Shown piece by piece: positions 1 to 8,075 of a stretch of 14,446 bases of DNA. Each line of letters starts with the position of its first letter. Position 1 is the first letter of the stretch. Origin of the DNA: a virus (lineage: Duplodnaviria; Heunggongvirae; Uroviricota; Caudoviricetes); IMG/VR virus record IMGVR_UViG_3300013942_000056, positions 1 through 14,446 of that record; one strand, given 5' to 3'. The translations under genes and the position numbers were made by a program. The notes under the pieces were generated by a model that saw nothing but the letters and a program-made list of their open reading frames with translations, had not been told where the DNA came from and ran no database searches.

Positions 1-706
1 CATCTCGGGAGATATCCCACTGTTGCAGGCCGGATTCAAACCATTCCTGCATTTTGTTCGCCACCTGCTCCTGCAACGCGCCGCTGCGGGTCCATGCCTG
101 CAACATTTCGCTGAAAGAAGGCAGATCAAAGAAGAAGTGTTCGGAATCACGCATTACCGGGGTAGCGCCAGAAACCACCGATTTCGGCTCGATCAATTCA
201 GTCGGGCTATATGTTGCGCCGCAGACTTCACAGTTATCGCCGTATTGATCTGGCGCTTTACATTTCGGGCAGGTGCCTTTTACAAAACGATCCGGCAGGA
301 ACATGCCTTTTTCCGGGTCGTACAACTGAGAGATAGTGCGGTTTTTAATAAAACCGTTCTCTTTCAGGCGAGTATAGATAAGCTCAGACAACTGACGGTT
401 CTCTTCGCTGTGCGTCGAGTGATAGTTGTCATAGCTGATGTTAAAGCCTGCGAAATCAGTCTGGTGTTCCTGACTCATTTCGCCAATCATCTGCTCCGGT
501 GTGATACCAAGCTGCTGTGCTTTCAGCATGATCGGCGTACCGTGGGCATCGTCGGCACAGATGAAATTAACCTCGTGGCCGCGCATTCGCTGGTAACGAA
601 CCCAGACATCAGCCTGGATGTGCTCCAGCATATGGCCGAGGTGGATTGAGCCGTTAGCGTACGGCAGCGCGCACGTCACCAGAATTTTCTTCGCGACTTG
701 GGTCAT
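1..706 (-). CDS. metG: Methionyl-tRNA synthetase, N-terminal part (3' end lies beyond window start)
   Basis: Reverse complement from 706 reads ATG ACC CAA GTC GCG AAG AAA ATT CTG GTG ACG TGC GCG CTG CCG TAC GCT AAC GGC TCA ATC CAC CTC GGC CAT = [25 protein letters not shown], the known MetRS N-terminus with the class I HIGH-type motif. The plus-strand ORFs 23..649 and 54..248 are antisense shadows of this gene. Confidence 0.95.
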   Translation of the reverse strand, partial: MTQVAKKILVTCALPYANGSIHLGHMLEHIQADVWVRYQRMRGHEVNFICADDAHGTPIMLKAQQLGITPEQMIGEMSQEHQTDFAGFNISYDNYHSTHSEENRQLSELIYTRLKENGFIKNRTISQLYDPEKGMFLPDRFVKGTCPKCKAPDQYGDNCEVCGATYSPTELIEPKSVVSGATPVMRDSEHFFFDLPSFSEMLQAWTRSGALQEQVANKMQEWFESGLQQWDISRD

Positions 707-863
707 AGTAGGCATTACTTCTTTGTAGTGAAAAGGGGCTTGATAGTAACAAAATGGCCTTATGTCTGCCATGTGATAACAGCATTTCTCATAAATGATT
801 AAATGTCGTAGCTGGAGTACACTACAAGGCGACAATTGCGCAAATTAAAATAAAGGAGACGGG

Positions 864-1964
864 ATGAGCGAGTCCAAATCGCCGGATGCCCTGAGAGCAA
901 TGGTAGCCGGTACGCTGGCTAATTTTCAGCACCCAACCCTGAAACACAACCTGACTACGCTTAAAGCGTTACACCATGTTGCGTTGATGGATGACACACT
1001 GCATGTCGAACTAATCATGCCTTTCGTGTGGAATAAGCCTTTTGAAGACCTGAAAGAGCAATGTAGTGGTGATCTGCTCCGTATCACTGGAGCAAAGGCT
1101 ATTGACTGGAAGCTGTCGTACAACATTGCCACGCTTAAGCGCGTCAAAAACCAACCAGGCATTAATGGCGTTAAGAACATTATCGCCGTCAGCTCAGGCA
1201 AGGGCGGCGTGGGTAAATCCTCCACGGCGGTAAACCTGGCACTGGCGTTGGCTGCTGAAGGTGCGAAAGTTGGTATTTTGGATGCCGATATCTATGGTCC
1301 ATCAATTCCAAACATGCTGGGCGCGGAAAACCAACGTCCAACCTCACCTGACGGTACTCACATGGCACCTATCATGTCTCATGGCCTGGCAACCAACTCT
1401 ATTGGTTATCTGGTCACCGACGACAATGCAATGGTGTGGCGTGGACCGATGGCCAGCAAGGCGCTGATGCAGATGTTGCAGGAAACTCTATGGCCTGATC
1501 TGGACTATCTCGTTCTCGATATGCCGCCGGGCACTGGTGATATTCAGTTGACGCTGGCGCAGAACATTCCTGTAACTGGTGCGGTTGTGGTAACTACGCC
1601 GCAAGACATCGCGCTGATCGATGCGAAGAAAGGCATTGTGATGTTCGAAAAAGTCGAAGTGCCGGTACTGGGTATCGTCGAAAACATGAGTGTGCATATT
1701 TGCAGTAACTGCGGTCATCACGAGCCAATTTTTGGCACCGGTGGCGCACAGAAACTGGCCGAGAAATACAACACGCAGTTGTTAGGCCAAATGCCACTTC
1801 ATATCTCTCTTCGTGAAGATCTGGATAACGGAACACCAACCGTTATTAGTCGTCCAGATAGCGAATTTACGGCTATTTATCGTGACCTCGCAGATCGCGT
1901 TGCTGCCCAAATGTATTGGCAAGGTGAAGTAATACCTGGCGAAATCGCATTCCGCGCAGTGTGA
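864..1964 (+). CDS. apbC: Iron-sulfur cluster carrier ATPase Mrp/ApbC
   Basis: 366-aa ORF with AGGAG 7 nt upstream of ATG; Walker A GKGGVGKS; Mrp/NBP35-type CxxC (CSNCGHH); near-identity over long stretches to E. coli Mrp as recalled; divergent from metG as in E. coli. Confidence 0.93.
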   Translation: MSESKSPDALRAMVAGTLANFQHPTLKHNLTTLKALHHVALMDDTLHVELIMPFVWNKPFEDLKEQCSGDLLRITGAKAIDWKLSYNIATLKRVKNQPGINGVKNIIAVSSGKGGVGKSSTAVNLALALAAEGAKVGILDADIYGPSIPNMLGAENQRPTSPDGTHMAPIMSHGLATNSIGYLVTDDNAMVWRGPMASKALMQMLQETLWPDLDYLVLDMPPGTGDIQLTLAQNIPVTGAVVVTTPQDIALIDAKKGIVMFEKVEVPVLGIVENMSVHICSNCGHHEPIFGTGGAQKLAEKYNTQLLGQMPLHISLREDLDNGTPTVISRPDSEFTAIYRDLADRVAAQMYWQGEVIPGEIAFRAV

Positions 1965-1965
1965 T

Positions 1966-1989
1966 AAAAAGGCGGTGCATTGCACCGCC
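1966..1989. terminator. Bidirectional intrinsic terminator hairpin between mrp and the UmuD'-like gene
   Basis: AAAAA then GGCGGTGC (1971-1978), loop ATT, GCACCGCC (1982-1989); on the minus strand the hairpin is followed by TTTTTAT, so it is the better terminator for the minus-strand gene ending at 2002. Confidence 0.7.
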
Positions 1990-2001
1990 TAATCAGTTCT
2001 C

Positions 2002-2391
2002 CTACATCACGGGACAATCATCAAACTCGCCACTTCTTGCGTCGTTGATAATGTGAGTGATCACACCAAACACGGCATTGCTGCCCGTGCATCCATCGTC
2101 ATCCTTTGGCAATGCTTCCTTCTTACCGGTTCTTAAATCCTCCAGATGCTGACGTGGATACTTCCGGTATCTTTTTACGCGATATTCCCCATCCAGAGCG
2201 CATACAAGCAGAGAACCATCAACCGGGGTAAGTGAGGAATCGACCACCAGCAATGCACCCTGTAATATTCCCTCACGATGATGACTATCAGCTGCCCTCA
2301 TGAAGTAGGTCGCTGAAGGATGTCTAATTATCTGCTGATCAAGAGAAATACGGCTCTCAGCATAATCCGCCGCAGGAGAAGGGAAGCCCAT
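2002..2391 (-). CDS. UmuD'-like (HumD-type) S24 LexA-family peptidase lacking the N-terminal cleavable arm
   Basis: 129 aa beginning MGFPSPAADY, matching UmuD from its Cys24-Gly25 cleavage region onward (UmuD has GFPSPAADY); conserved Ser (AADSHHREG) and Lys (EYRVKRY) catalytic dyad positions; perfect SOS box directly upstream. Confidence 0.8.
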   Translation of the reverse strand: MGFPSPAADYAESRISLDQQIIRHPSATYFMRAADSHHREGILQGALLVVDSSLTPVDGSLLVCALDGEYRVKRYRKYPRQHLEDLRTGKKEALPKDDDGCTGSNAVFGVITHIINDARSGEFDDCPVM

Positions 2392-2407
2392 AATACTCGC
2401 CTCTTAA

Positions 2408-2452
2408 TACTGTATATACATACAGTATATGTTGAAGCTATATATTTTTGAA
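2408..2452 (-). promoter_or_regulatory. LexA (SOS) box overlapping a sigma70-like promoter of the UmuD'-like gene
   Basis: TACTGTATATACATACAGTA at 2408-2427 (CTGT-N8-ACAG palindrome, one centre mismatch to the consensus as recalled). Minus-strand reading gives -35 TTCAAA (plus 2447-2452), 17-nt spacer, -10 TATACT (plus 2424-2429) overlapping the box. Confidence 0.8.
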
Positions 2453-2722
2453 CTCTATCTCTTAAAAAAGATGTTAATAAGATGCTAACTATTGAAAGGC
2501 ATAAATATATACAATTCCAACAAACGTTATTTTTAACAAATTTTTTCTCTCTGTTGACTTTTGCGAAAGCCTTGTCTGGCCTAAATTGCGCGGAAGCTAC
2601 TTTTTCCTTCCTGAGTTATCCACAGAGTTATGCACTTGCATGCATAACCTATACACACTATCTTAATTCGCAAGACACTGATGTTGCGGTATTGAAGGTT
2701 CATTGGGTTAAAAATAGACATT

Positions 2723-2753
2723 AAAAAGCCCAGTTGACTAGGCTGGGCTTTTT
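2723..2753. terminator. Bidirectional intrinsic terminator-like hairpin
   Basis: AAAAAGCCCAG (2723-2733), 9-nt loop, CTGGGCTTTTT (2743-2753); perfect 11-bp complementarity with A/T runs on both sides. Confidence 0.55.
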
Positions 2754-3053
2754 AAAAGGAAACAGAGTTTGCGGCTCTGTTCCTGAGCCATAAGTATCTG
2801 GCGACTGAATTAAGATTAACCGAATGTACTGGATTCATCAAGAAACGTTGAGTGGTCATACCAGGTAATAATGACCATTTACTAAACATCGTTGTTCTCA
2901 AAGAAGATTTAAGTCCAGGTTTTTGGTGACTCTAAAACCTTACCTTAACTCGAAATCGTGCCGTAAGTATCTGGCGACTACAGATATTGCAACTGCAAAG
3001 GCAAGCCCAAAGGTATTTGCAGCTAGGCGCGATAAAACTAAGTGAGGCCTGTT

Positions 3054-3137
3054 ATGGTTAACTTACTGTTCAAAATCGTGCCGCCGATGTTCGCGATTAT
3101 CAAAGCGATCATTGAGTACGTAAACCAGCGTCCATAA
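3054..3137 (+). CDS. Putative 27-aa hydrophobic peptide MVNLLFKIVPPMFAIIKAIIEYVNQRP
   Basis: ATG preceded by GAGG at 6-nt spacing; stop TAA at 3135-3137; strong hairpin terminator 14 nt downstream; below the ORF-track size cutoff. No homolog recognised. Confidence 0.3.
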   Translation: MVNLLFKIVPPMFAIIKAIIEYVNQRP

Positions 3138-3150
3138 CGCTAGTTGCTAC

Positions 3151-3175
3151 AGGCCCCATCAAGAGCATGGGGCCT
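3151..3175 (+). terminator. Intrinsic terminator hairpin after the small ORF
   Basis: AGGCCCCAT (3151-3159), loop CAAGAGC, ATGGGGCCT (3167-3175), then CTTTAT on the plus strand. Confidence 0.6.
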
Positions 3176-3192
3176 CTTTATCGTACTATTGC

Positions 3193-3819
3193 TTATTTTT
3201 TACGGACTGAGTTGTTCACTGCTCTGGCAATCTTCTCCCGCAATTGCTGCGTTCCGTGGTACTGAACCGCAATATCTCTCAACTCGTTCACCAGTTCTCG
3301 AATCTGGTGATCTTTAAGCTCATTATTTGGGTGATTGGTAACAACTCTGGTTAATTCACCCTTGTCTTTTGCTCTTACGTATGCAGCTCTTGTGCATTCG
3401 ACCCATGTATTACCGCCTACATTAACTTCGTAGATTAGGCTGGACTTATCTGTCAATTCGGAACAAATACGGGCCGTGGTCTGGCAACTAGAGCATTCGC
3501 AGTTATCGCGGAAACCGTGATCTACCGGTCGAGAAAGAGGTTTAACTTTTTCATCCAACTTCATCACAGCATCGTGATAAGCGTTCCAGCCGTCATCTTT
3601 ACCAAGTTGATAAATCTCTGAAGGCTCCATGTAGTCTATATCGCAACCTTCTTCATCCGATCTATCTGGTCGCTTCCCTGGTAATCGCTCATAAAAACAA
3701 TTTCTGTCTCGACGTTCGGCTCTCAGTGCTAACGCAAGAAGTTGCTCAAGCGAGGTATTTGCACCAGCAATAATTTCATTGAGAATATCTTCTGTGAGAT
3801 CTTTCGCTACCGTGCTCAT
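3193..3819 (-). CDS. Hypothetical phage protein (208 aa), last gene of the coupled minus-strand operon
   Basis: ATG start at 3819 forms an ATGA overlap with the stop of the upstream gene; Cys-rich stretch (CECSSC...C); no family recognised. Confidence 0.6.
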   Translation of the reverse strand: MSTVAKDLTEDILNEIIAGANTSLEQLLALALRAERRDRNCFYERLPGKRPDRSDEEGCDIDYMEPSEIYQLGKDDGWNAYHDAVMKLDEKVKPLSRPVDHGFRDNCECSSCQTTARICSELTDKSSLIYEVNVGGNTWVECTRAAYVRAKDKGELTRVVTNHPNNELKDHQIRELVNELRDIAVQYHGTQQLREKIARAVNNSVRKK

Positions 3820-4199
3820 TTATCTCTCTCAGTATGTTGCGATGGCGTAAATTTGACGACATCAAATATTTTGGATGGCATCAACTTTATCCGCGAGCTT
3901 AGTTCGGCTCTTCTCTGTAATGCGGTTAATAATGTTTTCGTTCTGACGCCTTCGTGTATCCTCATCCCTGGCACAAGAACTACATCGCAGGGGAGATGCT
4001 CAGGTGACAAATCATTTTGGGCATCGCTAATCAGTCGTGTAATCTCTCTTTCAAGCCGACCGCCTAGCTCTGTTTTAGTGCAATGTTCTGACCAATCGCC
4101 AGCCTCAAGCAGCGCGAGAATGCTTAAAATATCGTCCAATAGATCAGTGGTATTATCGACTTCCTTCTGAAACTCACCGGCTACTGATTTATGCATCAT
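3816..4199 (-). CDS. Hypothetical phage protein (127 aa)
   Basis: ORF with 4-nt overlaps to both neighbours (translational coupling). Confidence 0.55.
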   Translation of the reverse strand: MMHKSVAGEFQKEVDNTTDLLDDILSILALLEAGDWSEHCTKTELGGRLEREITRLISDAQNDLSPEHLPCDVVLVPGMRIHEGVRTKTLLTALQRRAELSSRIKLMPSKIFDVVKFTPSQHTERDK

Positions 4200-4849
4200 T
4201 CGTCATCCTCATCCGAGTCATCCTCATCACAGGATGAGAGTAGTGGGTTAGTCATTCGCCCTACTTGAGTGGCGTAGCCACGCCGACAGAGATTGCGCAG
4301 CACACTGTATATTTCGAACATCTCGGTTCGTTCATCGCCAACATCAAGCTCAGATGCTATAGCGTGGCATTCAGTCGCGAGAGCCGATATTTTCTGAAAT
4401 AACTCTGCATTATTCACTGTTCGACTCCTGCGGCGTTCTGGTAGTGGCATCCAGTGTGTGACATTGCTAATCAGACCATATTCATTAGTTTGAGGATGGT
4501 TGCCGTTATCGTCTCCGTATTTAAGACTCTCCATAAAGCCATAATGCCTATCACCATTAACGCTCACAAAGCCGTAATAAGCAGGTATAACGCCGATCTC
4601 ACACGTAACCAGTAAAGGAAAACTAGTTCTCCAATTTAGCTCGCCAATTACAGGCATTCGCTCACTACAGCTTATCCAACCATCCTTAGATGCGGCTGTA
4701 TTGGCATAGGCCTTACGGTGCTTCTGTAGCTCTGCTGCAATCGCTCTCACGACTTCAACTGGTGCCCTTGCAGCAAACTCAATGTTGGTGATCAGCTCAT
4801 TAAGATATTTCTCGCTTGGGTAGCATTTCTTATTGTTAACGGTGGTCAT
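4196..4849 (-). CDS. Phage protein, DUF551-like (217 aa) with acidic C-terminal tail
   Basis: Contains WISCSERMP ... THWMPLPE, recalled as typical of prophage DUF551 proteins; C-terminus DEDDSDEDDE; stop/start overlap with neighbours. Confidence 0.5.
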   Translation of the reverse strand: MTTVNNKKCYPSEKYLNELITNIEFAARAPVEVVRAIAAELQKHRKAYANTAASKDGWISCSERMPVIGELNWRTSFPLLVTCEIGVIPAYYGFVSVNGDRHYGFMESLKYGDDNGNHPQTNEYGLISNVTHWMPLPERRRSRTVNNAELFQKISALATECHAIASELDVGDERTEMFEIYSVLRNLCRRGYATQVGRMTNPLLSSCDEDDSDEDDE

Positions 4850-5034
4850 TAGGCAGCTCTCTCAACAACAAGCAATTCGTCGTAGTCATAATCAGTTTCG
4901 GAACCATCCGTACCGAACAGAGTCACTTTGTCATTTTCCATCCAAAAAGATTTAACCGCACATTGTTGACCTTTAGATGTTATGAGCACATCACCAGGGA
5001 TTACGTCTTCAGCGCGAACCTCTAGTGTTCTCAT
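4849..5034 (-). CDS. Hypothetical small phage protein (61 aa)
   Basis: ATG start at 5034 in ATGA overlap with upstream stop; its own stop overlaps the next start (TAATG). Confidence 0.45.
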   Translation of the reverse strand: MRTLEVRAEDVIPGDVLITSKGQQCAVKSFWMENDKVTLFGTDGSETDYDYDELLVVERAA

Positions 5035-5561
5035 CGTGCTGCCCCCTCTTTGGTGAAAATGCCTGCTGCAATGCTGTTTATGATGCTGTCAGTGCATGGA
5101 GTAGAAAGCTGGGCATCTCCAGCAATTTTCATGACCTCAACATCCGCATATCGAATACCGAGGTGTATCAGACCGGCTATACCTGACTTAAGTCGAACAT
5201 TTTCCATAAACAGATCTTTTTCCCGCTGTTTAGCGGCTTCCAACTCCATCGACAATTTTTCCAACTGCTCTTTATGCTTCTTGTATTCCTGATACGCGTG
5301 CCAAGACTGACCTTTGCGCACACTATCAGCGATATCAGCAACCTGCTCTGGTGTTAGCGTGGTCAGTGGCTGTGATGGAAAAATCATCACTTGCCCGGCA
5401 TCCCAATCAAAACCCGCCTGAATTGACTGAACCTCAACTGATGGTGTTGAACCGATGCGACCAGGCGAATGAACAACGATCGTTACATCCATATCGCGAC
5501 GATGGCTGTGGTTGTTGGACAAAATACGATTCACCAACTCAGAAAATTTGGATAATTTCAT
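5031..5561 (-). CDS. Hypothetical phage protein (176 aa; start at MKLSKF)
   Basis: The internal ATG at 5561 gives an ATGA overlap with the stop of the upstream gene and has GGAGAGAAAGAGAGA upstream; the longer ORF-track extension to 5690 would overlap the upstream gene by 130 nt. Confidence 0.55.
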   Translation of the reverse strand: MKLSKFSELVNRILSNNHSHRRDMDVTIVVHSPGRIGSTPSVEVQSIQAGFDWDAGQVMIFPSQPLTTLTPEQVADIADSVRKGQSWHAYQEYKKHKEQLEKLSMELEAAKQREKDLFMENVRLKSGIAGLIHLGIRYADVEVMKIAGDAQLSTPCTDSIINSIAAGIFTKEGAAR

Positions 5562-5881
5562 GCTGATCTCTCTTTCTCTCCCCGGATAATTCTGTTGCAC
5601 ACATCCACACACTCGTCGCAGATGAAAACGGCGTCCCCAGCAATTAACTTTTTGACGGCGTACTGGGATTTGTTGCAGAAGCTGCAACAAAGTGTTCGCC
5701 TGACTGATAAGGATGGAGCGCCAGATGTCAGCCGCTCCATATCGTTCTTGCGACGCAATATCACACGGCTGAACTCAACCAGTTTCTCCGGGGATATCTC
5801 CTCCTCCGTAGCGAGCGTCTCTAGTCGTTCGAGTATGTTGAAGGCTTTTTCTTGGGTAATAGCAGAGTGCGATGTGGTCAT
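5558..5881 (-). CDS. Phage protein with C-terminal ClpX-type C4 zinc-finger domain (107 aa)
   Basis: C-terminal [34 protein letters not shown] closely matches the ClpX N-terminal zinc-binding domain (E. coli ClpX has [34 protein letters not shown] as recalled). Confidence 0.7.
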   Translation of the reverse strand: MTTSHSAITQEKAFNILERLETLATEEEISPEKLVEFSRVILRRKNDMERLTSGAPSLSVRRTLCCSFCNKSQYAVKKLIAGDAVFICDECVDVCNRIIRGEKERSA

Positions 5882-6279
5882 TTTCTTTCACCTTCAATGT
5901 TCGTGGCGCTGGCAAGATTGTCCTTGCGAAGAAGAGCGGCTATGCGCTTACTTCCATCCGAGATAACGCCCTCGTAATACTCACGCTGCTCGTTGAGTTT
6001 TGATTTTGCCAACTCCAGTTGTTTTGTTAGTTCCGCAATACGGCAAACATCGTTGATACGCGTTTCCTCTAATGCGTTGATCTCATCCAGTAGTGCCAGC
6101 ACGGTTTCTGGTCCGGCCAGAAATTTGAAGGCGTTGAGGGCATCAATATCAACACCGCTATCTTTAAGTTCCTGTTCGCATATCAGATCATCATCAACTG
6201 GCAACATTAACAGGCGTTCCATTGCCGGAATTGCACGCTCTGCCGCCTCACGCAGTGCCTGATAGTCAATCTTGCTCAC
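5878..6279 (-). CDS. Ead/Ea22-like coiled-coil phage protein (133 aa), GTG start
   Basis: Start codon is GTG at 6279 with AAGGAG 7 nt upstream and a GTGA overlap with the upstream stop; [17 protein letters not shown]-terminus resembles Ea22-like proteins (from memory). Confidence 0.5.
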   Translation of the reverse strand: MSKIDYQALREAAERAIPAMERLLMLPVDDDLICEQELKDSGVDIDALNAFKFLAGPETVLALLDEINALEETRINDVCRIAELTKQLELAKSKLNEQREYYEGVISDGSKRIAALLRKDNLASATNIEGERK

Positions 6280-6776
6280 TGGATGACTCCTTTACGAAGC
6301 TGTTCAGCAATACTTACGCATATCTCTGCGCCTCTAATCAGCCCCGGAACGTTCTTGTTTGGCCCAACTTCACCATCAACAAAATCAATCATCGCGTTAC
6401 GAGCCATATCCACGCCCTGCGCACGTACTTCAGCCAGAAAAGCATCGGTGGCTGGAGTCTCCGTTAATTCGCTAACCCAATTATCTCCGTGTTCCTCGGC
6501 ACACATCGCATCGAATGCTCGCTCAGATTCTTTCAGGGCTGCATTCTCCGCCGCTAATGCGTCTCTCTGCGCTCGCAACTTCTCAATTTCGGCAGCCATG
6601 TAGTAACCAACCATAGCGAAAGTGGCGAAAGGGTAGTCAGAATCATCAGGAGATACGGAGGCCATTAGCAGACCATCGTGCATGTTCTGGCTTCCATCAG
6701 TGATGGATACCGCATAAGAATCGCTGGTTTCCCGTTTATACAATACGACGACCGGGTTCTTGATTTTCTCTCTCAT
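6276..6776 (-). CDS. Ea22-like phage protein (166 aa)
   Basis: ATG at 6776 overlaps the upstream stop (TAATG); contains ETPATDAFLAEVRAQGVDMARNAMIDF, similar to a motif recalled from Ea22-like prophage proteins. Confidence 0.5.
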   Translation of the reverse strand: MREKIKNPVVVLYKRETSDSYAVSITDGSQNMHDGLLMASVSPDDSDYPFATFAMVGYYMAAEIEKLRAQRDALAAENAALKESERAFDAMCAEEHGDNWVSELTETPATDAFLAEVRAQGVDMARNAMIDFVDGEVGPNKNVPGLIRGAEICVSIAEQLRKGVIQ

Positions 6777-7318
6777 TACGATGCCTCTAACTTATCTAAC
6801 TCTTTCAGCCCTTCACGTACCGCGTTCACAATGCGTTCCAGATACTGGTATTTCGGGTTTGGTACCGTTGGCCAGTCGGCATACCACGGATCATCACCAA
6901 AGAGATTCAGCAGTTTGTTACCGACGCCGAAACAACAGCAGCTTTCTTTTACGTCATCGGTGTTTTCCGCCTCGTCCCACATTTCACGAGCCAGTACGGC
7001 GTCGATTTCTCTCTCTCTTCGTAACTTTATGATTTCTGACTTCACGAAAAGCAGATTTGCATCGTTGTCATCGTCGACCGTGCTTCGCAGTTGAGAGTCG
7101 AAATAGCCGATTAGATACTCGTTGCTGACCCGCTTAATGAACGTCTGCACATCATCACCGCCCATAGCAAACCAAGCCGCAGTCCACGCTTTTCCGTAGC
7201 AGATGATGGTGATTCTTCCCTTACCAGGTTCGTAGTTTTCAATCATCACTCGAACCGGATCGAGGCGTTCCAGATCCGTCAGCACAAAGGAAAGAACATC
7301 TATTTTTTCGACCTTCAT
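6776..7318 (-). CDS. Hypothetical phage protein (180 aa; start at MKVEKI)
   Basis: The ORF-track start at 7330 is GTG; the ATG at 7318 forms an ATGA overlap with the stop of the HD-domain gene, so it is the preferred start. Confidence 0.55.
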   Translation of the reverse strand: MKVEKIDVLSFVLTDLERLDPVRVMIENYEPGKGRITIICYGKAWTAAWFAMGGDDVQTFIKRVSNEYLIGYFDSQLRSTVDDDNDANLLFVKSEIIKLRREREIDAVLAREMWDEAENTDDVKESCCCFGVGNKLLNLFGDDPWYADWPTVPNPKYQYLERIVNAVREGLKELDKLEAS

Positions 7319-7956
7319 GCAGCCTCCCACGCGCTCCAGATCAGCGATTTGTGTTTTTCATAACGTTTGATGTGTACCGGTTTCAGAAGCGCAATACCTT
7401 CAGTGACTTTCGCCATTGCGCTTAATAGCAACGGGTGTTCTATACCTATCCTCTCCATGTACTCGACAACATCAGCGTTGGCACCAATCTCTTTGCCGTG
7501 AAAGAGTACGTCCAGCATCAGTTCTTTCTCTGCGAGGTAGACAGCTGAAAACTCGGGATCGCGACTCACGATAGAAGAGGTATTGTCGAGCAGGTCAGCC
7601 AGCTTGATCATGCGCGTCTGCATGTCGAGATTTTGCTCCAGCTCCCGGACATTGATGATGAAACGCTGTATTCGATTGCCGTCTTCTGGCCTTGCAATGT
7701 TGGTCAGAGCCTGAACCATTTCAGCTACGCGCTCACCGAAGTGATCACGAACCATCTCTATGGTTACATGGGTGTCTTCGACCACATCATGCAGAAGCGC
7801 CGCGATTTGCATCTCCACGGTTCCGTCATGCAATGCAACAATCTCTCGGACAGCAACCGGGTGGTTGATGTAGTCTTCGCCGGTATATTTTCTTTTCTGA
7901 CCAACGCCACCATGAGCGCCAGCGGCGAACATATGAGCTTCGGAAATACTAGACAT
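7315..7956 (-). CDS. HD-domain (p)ppGpp hydrolase-like protein, SpoT/RelA hydrolase-type small alarmone hydrolase (213 aa)
   Basis: HPVAVREIV ... AALLHDVVEDT matches the His...HD...ED signature of the RelA/SpoT hydrolase domain; first gene after a terminator; ACGGAG RBS. Confidence 0.7.
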   Translation of the reverse strand: MSSISEAHMFAAGAHGGVGQKRKYTGEDYINHPVAVREIVALHDGTVEMQIAALLHDVVEDTHVTIEMVRDHFGERVAEMVQALTNIARPEDGNRIQRFIINVRELEQNLDMQTRMIKLADLLDNTSSIVSRDPEFSAVYLAEKELMLDVLFHGKEIGANADVVEYMERIGIEHPLLLSAMAKVTEGIALLKPVHIKRYEKHKSLIWSAWEAA

Positions 7957-8024
7957 TCTTAACTCCGTTGTTTTCTAGTTGTGGTTATTTTCACAAATAA
8001 GAAAAGGTAGAAAACAATTTATTT

Positions 8025-8045
8025 AAGGCCACAACTTATGGCCTT
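8025..8045 (-). terminator. Intrinsic terminator separating the MTase unit from the HD-domain operon
   Basis: AAGGCCA (8025-8031), loop CAACTTA, TGGCCTT (8039-8045); minus-strand downstream flank AAATAAATTGTTTTCT; sits 30 nt after the stop of gene 8076..8456. Confidence 0.6.
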
Positions 8046-8075
8046 TATTTATTCATGCCGAAGGATTTGTAGCGT

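Noticed and set aside
23-649. Plus-strand ORFs 23..649 and 54..248
   Set aside because: They lie antisense to metG, whose minus-strand translation reproduces the MetRS N-terminus; they are shadow ORFs.
926-1985. Minus-strand ORFs inside mrp (926..1225, 1488..1721, 1594..1839, 1782..1985) and the other overlapping opposite-strand ORFs across the prophage block
   Set aside because: They lie antisense or out of frame to well-supported genes, lack RBSs and have odd composition; treated as chance ORFs.
2617-2625. Exact DnaA-box consensus TTATCCACA
   Set aside because: A single 9-mer match has roughly a one-in-ten chance of occurring in a window this size; there is no cluster of boxes or AT-rich unwinding element to suggest an origin or a regulated promoter.
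2482-2724. 80-aa plus-strand ORF in the AT-rich intergenic region upstream of the UmuD'-like gene
   Set aside because: No convincing RBS and a low-complexity AT-driven translation; the region is more plausibly the promoter or upstream regulatory DNA. The hairpin at 2723-2753 right after its stop keeps a small residual doubt.
5031-5690. Long 219-aa version of the ORF and the 6776..7330 GTG-start version
   Set aside because: Both extensions overlap upstream genes extensively, whereas internal ATGs at 5561 and 7318 give canonical ATGA stop-start overlaps.
8025-8045. Hairpin at 8025-8045 as a possible attachment-site core or operator
   Set aside because: The short GC stem with A/T flanks, placed 30 nt after a stop codon, fits an intrinsic terminator; no second copy was found elsewhere in the window.
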